Shown: positions 48,601-59,187 of the stretch, piece by piece
Numbering within the stretch: the first letter of the stretch is position 1
Layout: the number at the start of each line of letters is the position of its first letter
Assembly: GCF_009914755.1 (NCBI RefSeq)
Contig: NC_060932.1
Direction: 5' to 3' (one strand)
Origin: the human T2T-CHM13v2.0 reference genome, Homo sapiens
DNA: 64,000 bases
The notes under the pieces: model-generated
The model's database searches: none
The model's input: the letters and a program-made list of their open reading frames with translations, nothing else
Told to the model about the DNA's origin: nothing
Program-made: the position numbers and the translations under genes

Positions 48601-51331
48601 TTTTTCACTATAGGCCTCAGTGAGCTCTGAAATTTTCCTTTGCAGATTCTACAAAAACACTGTTTTCACCTGCTAAATGTAAAGAAAGGTTTACTCTATG
48701 AGCTGAATTCTCATATCACTAAACGATTTCACAGATAGCTTCTTTCTAGTATTTATTGCTGGATATTTGGTTTTTTACTGTAGGCGTCCAGGGGCTCCAA
48801 ACTGTCCCACTGCATATTCCACAAAAACAGTGTTTCCAAGCTGTTGAATGCAAAGAAAAGGTTTATCTCTGTGAGCTGCGTTCACACATCACAAAGCCAT
48901 TTCACAGACAAGAGTCTTTCTAGTTTTTATTACATGATATTCAGTTTTTCCCTATAGGCCTCAGTGAGCTCTGAAATGTCCCATCACAGATTCTGCAAAA
49001 ACAGTGTTTCAAACCTCTTGAATGTTAAAGAAAGGTTTCTGTTTTTGAGATGAATCCACACATCACAGAGCAGTTTCAGAGATAGGTTAGCTCTTGTTTT
49101 ATCACAGAATATTCAGTTTTTTACTATAGGCTTCAGTGAGCTCCAAAATGTCCCTTCACAGATTTTACCATAACAATGTTTCCAACCTGATGAATGTAAA
49201 AAAAGATTTCATTCTATGAGCTGTATCCAAATATGGCAAAGCAGTTTCACAGATAGGTTTTTTTGACTTTTTATTTTGGGTTTTTCAGTTTTTCACTGTA
49301 GGTCTCCATGGGCTACAAAATGTCCCTTTGCAGATCCTACAAAAATAGGGTTTCTAACCTGTTGAATGTAAAGAAAGTTTAACTCGGTTAGCTGAGTAAG
49401 CACATCAAAAAGCACTTTCACAGAAAGCTGCTGTCTAGTTTTTATCATGGGATAATCTTTTTTTCACTTTAGGCCCAAGTGAGCTCCAAAATGTCCCTTC
49501 ACAGATTCTGCAGAAAGAATCTTTCCAACCTCCCGAATGTAAAGAAAGATTTCACTCCATGAACTGAATCCAACACCTCAAAGCAGTTTAACAGCTTCTT
49601 TGCAGTTTTTATTGCAGTTTTTATCTCAGTTTAACATCTTCTTTGCAGTTTTTACTATAGGCCTAAGTGAGCTCTGAAATGTCCTTTTGCAGATTCTACA
49701 AAAACAGTGTTTCCATCCTGCTGAATGTAAAGAAAGGTTTCAATTTATGAGCTGAATTCAACGTCTTAGATCAGTTTAAGAGATAGCATCTTTCCAGTTT
49801 TTATCGTGGGTTGTTTGGTTTTTAACTATAGGCCTCAGGAAGCTCTGAAATGTCCTTTTGCAGATTCTACTAAAAAAGTGTTTCCAACCTGCTTATTGTA
49901 AGAAAGGTTTCACTGTATGAGCTGAATCCACACACCTCAAAGCAGTTTCACAGATAGATTCTTTCAAGTTTTTATTGTCGGATGTTCCATTTTTCACTAT
50001 AGGCCTTAGTGAGCTCTGAAATGTCCCTTTGCAAATTCTACAAAAACAGTGTCTCCAACCTACTAAATGTAAAGAAAGGTTTCACTCTATGAGCTGAATC
50101 CTCACATCACAAAGCAGTTTCAGAGATGGCCTCTTTCTAGTTTTTATTGCTGGATATTTGGTTTTTCACTACTGGCCTCCAGGGGCTCTGAAATGTCCCA
50201 TCACAGAACCAACAAAATCAGTTTTTCCACCCTGCTGAATTTAATGAAAAAATTTAACTCTGTGAGCTGAATCCACACATCAGAAAGAGTTTCACAGATA
50301 GATTCTTTGTAGTTTTTATCATGGGATATTTGGTTTTTCACTATAGGCTTCAGTGAGCTCTGAAATGCCCTGTCACAGATTCTACAAAAACAGTGTTTCC
50401 AAGGTGCTGAATGTAAAGAAAGGTTTTAATTTATGAGCTGAATACCCACATCACAAACAGTTTCACAGATAGCTTCTTTCTATTTTTTATCATGGGATAT
50501 TGTTTTTCAATAAAGGCCTCAGTGAGCTCCAAAATATCTCTTTGCAGATCCTATAAAATAGTGCTTCCAACCTGATCAATGTAAACAAACTTTAGCTCAG
50601 TTAGCTCAATCCACACATCACAATGTGGTTTCATAGATAGATTCTGTCTGGTTTTTATCATGGGATATTTGGGGTTTTACTATAGGCCTCAGTGAGATTC
50701 AAAATGTTTCATCACAGATTCTACAAAGCAGTGTTTCCAACCTGCTAAATGTAAAGAAAGGTTTCACTCTATGAGCTTAATCTACACATCTAAAAGCAGT
50801 TTCTCAGACAGCTTCTTTATAGTTTTTATAATGGATTATTCGGTTTTTTACCATAGGCCTCAAATGTCCCATCACAGATTCTACTAAAACAGTATTTCCA
50901 AGCCACTGAGTGTAAGAAAGGTTTCACTTTAGGAGCTCAATCCACACATCACAAATCTGTTTTACAGAGAGATTCTTTCAAATTTTTATCACAGGATGTT
51001 TGATTTTTCACTTTAGGCCCCAGTGAGCTCCAAAATATCCTTTTGCAGATTCCATGAAAACAGTGTTTCCAACCTGCTTAATGTAAAGAAAGGTTTCACT
51101 TTTTGAGTTAAATCCACACATAACAAAGCAGTTTCACAGGGCACTTCTTTCTAGTTTTTATCACAGGATATTCAATTTTTCACTATAGGCCTCAGTGATC
51201 TCCAAAATGTCTCTTCGCAGAGTTGACAAAAACAGTGTTTCCAGCCTGCTGAACATAAAGAAAGTTTTAACTGTGTGAGCTGAATCCACACACCATGAAG
51301 CAGCTTCACAGATAGCTTCTTTCTAGTTTTT

Positions 51332-51777
51332 TGTTAAGCACCCCATGCCCTATATCGGACTGAGTGAAGGGGGACAAATGTGGGAAGAAAAGACAAGGAG
51401 ACAAAAGAGTATATTTGGAAGAAGGGGTCAGTGGGCACATTGCCTCTAGTGGACATGGGCCCCGACTTTCCACTGCCATTCTTATTTATTGCTAAAAGAG
51501 ATAACGAGAAGGGTTTGGAAGAGTAGCTCACCTGCCTAGTCTGGTGTAGGCTTGCAAGACTGCATTCCTCGAACAATAGGCTCTATGTATTTTGGTAGAT
51601 AACTTCAAGGAGCATGGAACCAGGGAGTGATGGCCCTCAGCAATCCTTCTACGGCAGGCACAGAATCGAGTTTGCCCACATTCTGTATTCATGATAAACA
51701 GTTTGCTGTTTGATTATATGGCCTCCAGCAAAATGCTGAGTTGGTCACAAGCCCTTCAGCCTTTTCTTCTCTCAACA
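51332..51777 (-). mobile_element. 3' LTR (LTR3 type) of the provirus
   Basis: Minus strand TGTTGAGAG...TTAACA; AATAAA at 51485-51490 (minus); preceded on the minus strand by the polypurine tract GAGAGGGGAAAA (51778-51789). Confidence 0.9.
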
Positions 51778-51792
51778 TTTTCCCCTCTCAGT

Positions 51793-53720
51793 TTATGAAT
51801 TAACTGAAAAAATGTAAGGCCAGGCTGGGCAGCTCTCATCTGATTGGCTGTTCATCCAATTTTGCAGACTATGAACAGAAGACGGAGATAAAACTATTCC
51901 AAGAACTATATATGGAATGTTAACATAGGGCTTTAGATAGATCCAATAATTGAGGCTCTCCAGGCCTTGCTGGAATTCAGTCCAGTCTTTTAAAGAAGGC
52001 TGAAAATCTTGAGTTTGTTTATTTAAGTCAATAATTTTGTTTTGTAATTCACCAATACAAAAAGTGATGTTGGGTGTGAAAGCTCCCTGCAAATGGGCTT
52101 TCACAAGGCCCCATGGATAGTCACTTTTGTTATATTCTAAGTTGGTTGCACATATATGAGTGTGGTTAAAATGACAACGCAATTGTTGCTGCAACTGCAA
52201 TCTTTGTCCTTGTTCCCCTAACCACAGAACTGTGGATTTCAACATTGCCACTTCATTTTGTAGCTCAGTATTAATTTTATTCTGAAGTGGCTATGCTTGG
52301 TTGGCTGTACATGTCCAATTCTCTTCGTACTGAGCCATTTGAACAGAACTATGCAACGCTACAAAGGACATCACTCCAGAAGTTATTAGCATGACCAAGG
52401 AAACAATACCAAAAATTATCATGCCTAAGGCTCTATGGACAATGAGTAAGCTAAGTTAGAAGTTTCACAAAGTGCAAAGCAGTTGTGGCAGCTCTAGGCT
52501 CAGACGGATTAACAGGAATCCAGAGGCCAGGGATGCAACCTAAAATCATCAAAGTAGATACACTATGTGTTTCCAATGTGCTATGATTAATGCAGTGATA
52601 TAACTGGCAAGATTTACAGGTCAATTGGGTATTGTTTACCTGGAGCTTGTCCTTCTTAGCTGCCAAAAAGACATAAGGGTTAAAAACACAAACTGTAAAT
52701 TGAGTGGTGATACATTAAGACTGTGTTGCCTACTACTGCTATTATTGGCGTATCCCAATCCAGATGCTGCCATTCACAAATGGGAGTGCTGCCTTTCATA
52801 TTGTTTCTTGGACTGGTCCCGTTTTTCCTAAATAAGGCCATTGAGGCAAAGGCAGGCTAAAGCCTACTCCATGCCAAGCAATCTGGGTGCAGACTGGGAT
52901 TGCATTCCAGCGTTGTATGTGGAATAAGTATTAAAAGCTCGCCACCAATGGCAGGGAAGTTTATGCCATGATTTCTGACTTTTATCTTTACCATATAGTT
53001 GACTTTTTGGTCCTCAATCCATAATGTCTCCAGTTAACATAGATTGTTTTCTAGCCAGGGGACCAAGGCACTGGGTCCACGGAGAGTGATAGGAACTATT
53101 GGATGGAATCCATTCTGTAAAATTAGTGCAACTAGGGTGATTGGGCTGGGAATGGTAGGTTAGTACACCTGTTACATTAATAGAACCAAGACTTAATAAG
53201 TACCTGATTTTTCCACAGTGACTCAACCATGTTTGAGCTTGAATTGTAAGACAGCTATGGCTCAGTGATATCTTTCTGGTGATACATAAAGGAAGTCCTT
53301 CCAGTGGAGTGGTATAATTAATGACATTTTTCTGAGAGTCTAAGTGTTCTATTTCAGGGGGAGTTAGGAGTCCTGGAGCCCACTCTCCCTGATCGTGATA
53401 AATCTCAGGAGGAGTGTCATTCTGAAGTACAGGTTGTAATATTGGGGGAGTGGAAACATATGCCCAATATGTTTTTGCCTCTGCACAGGGAAAACATACT
53501 GCACAGGACATTATGGTTAACATGGCCATGAACATGGAATCAGGGGTTTTTGTCTGGCCTTGAAACTCCAGTAGTTTCTCAGCTTCCTGCGTGGTTTTCT
53601 TGAGTTGTCCTTAGGTTATGGGGGTTGGTGTCATCATGACCTTGCTTGTTCTTCTCTTTGTCTTTGCACTCAGGCTCAGCTGGCTCACAGCACATGCTGG
53701 AGGGACTGGGCCCATGGTTG
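51793..53720 (-). pseudogene. env: Decayed env (leader, SU, TM) of HML-6
   Basis: Fragments: leader PIT*GQLKKTTQEAEKLL...TPDSMFMAML; SU start KTYWAYV; hydrophobic fusion peptide ALGMIIFGIVSLVMLI; TM LKSTVLWLGEQ...CHFNHTHIC. Several stops and frameshifts; start is approximate. Confidence 0.88.
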
Positions 53721-56290
53721 GCCACCCTGGGTTCCTCTAGTCTCCCATTCCATGGTCGCACACACCCTGAGGGCAGCCACACGGCTTGTCCATCTCCTGT
53801 AAAAATGTCAGCATACTCTCGTCCCCACATCAGTAAATCCACTGGACGTTTCCATTGTCCTTCTTCTTGGGATTTCCATAACACTTTCCGATAAATTTTC
53901 CTCTTTTCTTGTAACATTTGCCTATGTCTTTCTGCTGGAGTTTTACCATCCATACCAGGAGTTGAAAAATTTAAAGTAAATAAGGCTAAATGCAGTTTGG
54001 ATTGTGGTAGTAAATGGTCTTCTATACTTCCTTTTTGTCTCTTCAACATGAGTTGTAATGTTTGAGGTTCCTGCTCTATAATTCCTTGTCCTCTAGGATT
54101 ATAAGGAATTTCTCTTTTATGGGTTATAGCCCAAAGCTGTAAGAAATTTCGAAAAGCATGACAAGTATAAGTCAGTCCATTGTCAGTTTTTAATTGTTTA
54201 CTTATCCCCATATGAGGAAATAATGACAGACAGTATCACCATAAATGGCCAGCTGTCTCACTTGCTTGGCATGTAGCATGCAGCATATGAGAATAAGTGT
54301 CTACAGTCACATGAACATAGCTAGACTTGCCAAAGGCTGTTATGTGTGTAACATAATTTTGCCAAATTTCATTTGGAGCCAAACCCATGGATTACATCCT
54401 TCTACAAGTGTGGCACCAGGGACATGGTGGCAAGTAGGAGAGCTTGTATTATAACCCTAGCTTGGCTGCCAGGTAAATGGAACATGTGAGTAAGGGCAGA
54501 AGTATTTTGGTGCAGTAGCACATGAGATGTTTGAGCTTACTGAAACAGAGAACAAATCAGTTTATCTGCTCTCTCATTAGCTAGACATAGTGGCCCAGGA
54601 AGTTGTGTGTGAGAACGAATATGAGAAATATGAAAAGGAGCTGCACGAGAGTGAATAACTTGTTCAAGTCTTAAAAATAAATTAGGCAGTTCTGGGTCTA
54701 GTGTACTTTTAACTGTCACAGTTTCTATGTGACTGGCTACATTTACAACATAAGCTGAATCACAGACAACGTTGATATTATCTAAAGCTGTGAGATGTAA
54801 AACCTGAATGATGGCAATTAGCTCTGAGAGTCGAGCTGAAACCCGAGAGGTCATTATAATTTGAGTATGATTAGGTCCACAGACAGTGGCATGACCTTTG
54901 GAAGAGCCATCAGTAAAATAAGTCTAGCCACCTGGAATAGGCTTGTGATGAGTAATCACAGGAAGAATGAAATAATGGAATTTATAAAAGTGCAGAATTT
55001 TGTGTGAGGAATAATGGTTACCTGTAGCACCCACAAAGTCTGCAAAAGCAGTTTGCCAGGCAATTGACATTTCCCAAGCTGCAGCTTGTTGCTGAGAGTC
55101 TAAAGGAACAATAATTTTACCAGGGTAATATCCCATAAGCATTTTTGACCTATGTCAGCCCATAGTCACAATTTGTGTAATTAAAGAAAGATAAACTTGT
55201 AGGGTTTTGACTGTTTGATTAGGTAGAACGAGCCATTCTATTACTGTTACAGACTTGTCTGTGAACTGGCCCAAAAGTCCTGTTGGAGAATGGGGGTAGG
55301 AAGACTAAACTAAAGCAAAAGTTTTTGCAGTTGTAGCTGTGTGGCATCTCTCTGATGAAGCATCTGCTCTACAAGATGTAACTAGGCTTCTGCCTCTTTT
55401 GTTAATTGCCACAGGGAATTTAAAGAAGAATCTTATTGCAGAGTTTGGTAAAGATGTGTAAATTGATAGGTTGCAATACCTAGCATCGGGCGTAGCCAAT
55501 TAATGTCTCCTAATAATTGTTGAAAATCATTTAAAGTCTGCAACCTGTCTTTACAGAGAACTGCTTTCTGAGGCCTTACACTTCTTTCAATAACAATTGT
55601 TCCTAAGTAATGGTATGGGGAAGTTGTTTGTACTTTTTCTGTTGCTATTTTGAGACTCCATTTAGCCAAAGCCTGGTTTGTTTCTCTGAATAAATGATGT
55701 AGGATTTGATCTGTAGGAGTGGCCAAAAAAATCATCCATAAAATGAATGATGTAAGCCATAGGAAACATCTTCTGAGAATTCTTTAATGCCTGTCTTACA
55801 AAGTGCTGACATAGCGTAGGACTGTTAAGCATGCCTTGGGGTAAAACTCTCCATTGGTAACGATAAACATGATCTCTTTGATTAATAGAAGACACCGAGA
55901 AGGCAAATTGAGGCTTATCCTTCGATAAGGGTATAGTTAATAATCCTTAAAATTTGTTACAAGAGGCTAGTCTCTTGGAAGAGCTGGTAGAGATGGTAAA
56001 TCTTTCTGTAAGACACCCATCAGTTTAATTTGGGCATTAATAGCTGTCAAATCATGCTGCAGTCGACATCTTCTGGACTTTTTTGGAATAACAAGCGCTG
56101 GCATATTCCAGGAGCTACATGACTTCTCTATGTGTCCTGCGTCCAATTGTTCTTTTACTAGCTACTGAAGCTGCATCAGCTTCTCCCGAGATGGGGCCAT
56201 TAATCCACCCATACAGGTTTTTCAATGAGCCATTCTAATGGTAAGGCAGAGGGTGAAGGAGAAATGTCAAAGACCTCTATCAGAAATCCT
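53579..56290 (-). pseudogene. pol: Decayed pol (RT, RNase H, integrase)
   Basis: RT motifs YQWRVLPQGMLNSPTLCQ, YIIHFMDD, LNDFQQLLGDINW; RNase H FTDGSS, VVCDSAYV, HIRSHT; integrase LKTDNG, IPYNPRGQGIIE. Multiple frameshifts. Confidence 0.92.
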
Positions 56291-57212
56291 GACGTCCTAG
56301 CCCTTTTCTATCTGTTTTTCCAATTACTGATATCAGTTAGAATTTTCCTGTAGGAACCTCCTCAAACCTCTTCCACTCTGATATCCCATGTCCTTCAACA
56401 TTTTAAGTCCTGGGTTATCAAAGTTTTCATTTGTAAGTCTCATATCCCATGCTGTAAGTCTTGACTCTGTAAATTGATAGTTATATTTGCAACATAAGGC
56501 TGAAAAGTACATGACTGTCCATCCACACCAAGACAAGGTAAAGTCTCAACACTTTGTTGAACACTTTGAGCTGATCCTACTCCCACTAGAGACATAGAAG
56601 TTAATTGCCCGGGCCAGGATGGGGGCCAATTGTCTTTAGATATTACTGACACATCAGCTCCCATATCTGTAAGCCCATAAAATGTATTTCCTTTAATTTG
56701 TACTACACAGGTAGGTCTATTAAAGGCTATGGTTTGGGATAGATAGATTTCTCGTGTAGTTGTGCTCCCAAACCCTTTATTTTCCTTTTTCTCCTTTCGT
56801 GGGGAAGAGTGTAGTTTGCAGGGAATAAGCAATAATTGAGTGATATACTCTACCGGTTCAAAAACCCAAAGGTCTTGTGACATTAAAACTACTTAAATTT
56901 CTCCTTCATAATCAGAGTCGATCACTCCTGGGACTACAGTGATGCCTTGAAAGTTAAGATGGCTTTTGCCTAAAATTGGTGCAGTGTATCCTGTTGGTAA
57001 ATGTCCCCAAATACCAGTGGAACTTTGATGGGTTTTTTCCCCAAACTAATGCGATTCTTTCTCTGGTGGGTAGATCTAATCCTGCACTTCCTGGTTTTCC
57101 TGGGGGAATCAATGTGCTCCTGGAAACCCATGCCTGAAACTGGATTGAGGTCTGGACTGAGAATGCCCTCACTGTTTGTGGGGTCTGGGTCCCGGTCCCT
57201 GTCTCATTTCCC
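56280..57212 (-). pseudogene. pro: Decayed pro: dUTPase + aspartic protease + G-patch
   Basis: dUTPase GSAGLDL, GVIDSDYEGEI, GFGST; protease GLTDMGADVSVI (DTG changed to DMG); G-patch GLKMLKDMGYQSGRGL. Confidence 0.9.
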
Positions 57213-58522
57213 AACAGGGGGGCGCCATTCTGATGAAGTTGTGAAAGGCACTGATTAGCCCAGTGATTTCCTTTGTTACAGTGAGGACAAAGTGTTGGCA
57301 TTTTTTTCCCTTGTCAGGGGGGAACTTCATTATAAGGTCCTTTCTGTCCTGCTATCTGGTAATATTCCTTTTTAAAATGTCCAGTTTTTCCACAATTATA
57401 ACACTTTCCCATTTTAGAGTTTGACTGTTGGCTCCTTTTAGATTTGTCAACTCCTGAATTAGCCATTAGTATGAGGAATCTGATGCTTCAGTGTCTCTTG
57501 GAATAATGCAAGAAAATGTGCATGAGACTCATGTGACCATTGCATGATATGTAGAAAGGGTTGAACTGGGACTCCCTCTTCAGGAATTGTGGCCCAGGAA
57601 CATTTAGTGGTCTGTGCACACTGCTGATATGCAGCATCTGGTGGTGCCATTTGTTGTTCCAGGTCTGAATAAAGGCATTACCTAACAGCATATTCTCTGT
57701 AATGTCTCCATGCGCAGCAACAGGATTCTGTCTAGCCTGCTCTCCACACATTTCTTGCAAATTCAAATTCCATGACAGATATCCACTAGCAGACAAGCAA
57801 GTTCAAGCCAAATGTTTTACATCAAAGGGTAAAAGATGCATAGCACCAAACACAGATTCTAGCAATCCTAAAATGAGTGGGCTTTGTACACAATTATTAA
57901 CCACACCCACTTTTAATTCTTTCAACAACTTATACTCTAGTGGGGCTTGTTCATGAATAAGCTTCTGTGGATTATTTGGATCAGGCCTTACAAAAATAGG
58001 AAAAGTTCAAGGTCCTAAAGTCTCTCCAGCTATGGCAGCAGAACATAAAATTCTTTGTGTTGGGGTCTCTATTTCTGCTACCAAAGAGGCAGTAAAGATG
58101 TTTCTGCAAGTTGAAGGGGTGGTATAAGCCAATTTTTATCCTCCCTCTCTGGTTTTTTATTTTCAATTGGAGCTGTGGGTGGGACAACAAATTCTTTCAC
58201 ATTTTTTGTCTCAGAACATGACTCCTTCTGTCCAGCAGAATAAGAAAGAGATAATGGCAGAAGTACAGTATGAACTAAACTCCAAGTGTAGAAAACAGAA
58301 GAATCAATTTAAGTCTTTTTGATGAGCCCATTTTAATTTTTCTTCTGCTCTGTCCCAATTTTCCACATCAAGAGTGCCTACCTGTGGAAACCGTGGGTTA
58401 TGTGTAATAACTTCTTGCAGCATCATAGTTAGCTTCTGAGATCTAACCTTAGCACCAGTTTGTTTCAACAAAACTTTAAGCAACTGCATATGTTTTTCTC
58501 CAATAGACAGACTCTGCCCCAT
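57190..58522 (-). pseudogene. gag: Decayed gag (MA, CA, NC with two zinc knuckles)
   Basis: MGQSLS start at 58522; MA segment NPRFPQVGTLDVENWD; degenerate MHR FLHIMQWSHESHAHFL; knuckles CYNCGKTGHFKKEY and CPHCNKGNHWANQC. Confidence 0.9.
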
Positions 58523-58722
58523 GTTATCCTGATTCAGAAAACTTCCCATTCCCAGTACTTCTTTAAAGCACTGCTCCCATTACCATTTTGGACAATGATC
58601 AGTACCTCTTTAAAGCACTGACCTTACTTGCCTTGCCAGCAGACTTGTCCCAGGGTCCCGTTTGTCTTGCTAATTTCAGTTCCTCTTCTCCAGCAGACCT
58701 TCTCTGTTCACATCCTCAAAGA

Positions 58723-58740
58723 CCATCTGCTTGGGTGCCA
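58723..58740 (-). promoter_or_regulatory. Primer binding site, degenerate tRNA-Lys type
   Basis: TGGCACCCAAGCAGATGG immediately downstream of the 5' LTR; partial match to the tRNA-Lys(UUU) PBS TGGCGCCCGAACAGGGAC with CpG decay. Confidence 0.7.
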
Positions 58741-58741
58741 C

Positions 58742-59187
58742 TTTTTAAAGCACCCCATGACCTGTATCAGACAGAACAAAGATGGACGAACACAGGAATA
58801 AAAGACAAAGAGACAAAAGAGTGTATTTGGAAGAAGAGGTTGGGGGCACCTTACCTCTAGTGGACAAGGGTCAGCTTTCCATAGCCCTTCATATTTATTG
58901 GTAAAAGAGATAGCAAGAAGGGAATGGGAAAAGAGGTCAACTGCTAGGTCCATAGCAGGCTTGGAAGACTGCATTCCTTGAACAAAAGGCTCTAGATGTT
59001 CCAATAGATACAATTAAGGAACACAGTGCCAGGGAATGATGGCCCTCAGCCAACTTTCTCGGGCAGGCAGAGAGGCGAGTTTGCCCACATTCTGTATTCA
59101 TGATAAACAGTTTGTGGTTTGATCATATAGACTCCAGTGGAATGCTGAGAAGGTCATGATCCCTTTGGCCTTTTTTGGCTTTCAACA
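58742..59187 (-). mobile_element. 5' LTR (LTR3 type) of the provirus
   Basis: Direct repeat of 51332-51777; minus strand starts TGTTGAAAGCCAAAAAAGGCCAAAGGGATCATGACC; AATAAA at 58894-58899 (minus). Confidence 0.9.

Larger units (their letters stand above)
51332..59187 (-). mobile_element. Near full-length decayed HERV-K(HML-6)/HERVK3 provirus with two LTR3-type LTRs, 7856 bp
   Basis: Two ~446-bp direct repeats, PBS, PPT, and gag-dUTPase/pro-pol-env fragments in betaretroviral order. 6-bp TSD GTTTTT (51326-51331, 59188-59193). The env leader MLTIMSCAV resembles the HML-6 HERV-K-MEL peptide MLAVISCAV. Confidence 0.9.

Noticed and set aside
53579-56883. Functional integrase (210 aa ORF) or protease (147 aa ORF)
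   Set aside because: The integrase ORF lacks the N-terminal zinc finger and first catalytic Asp region. The protease motif is DMG and the upstream frames are broken.
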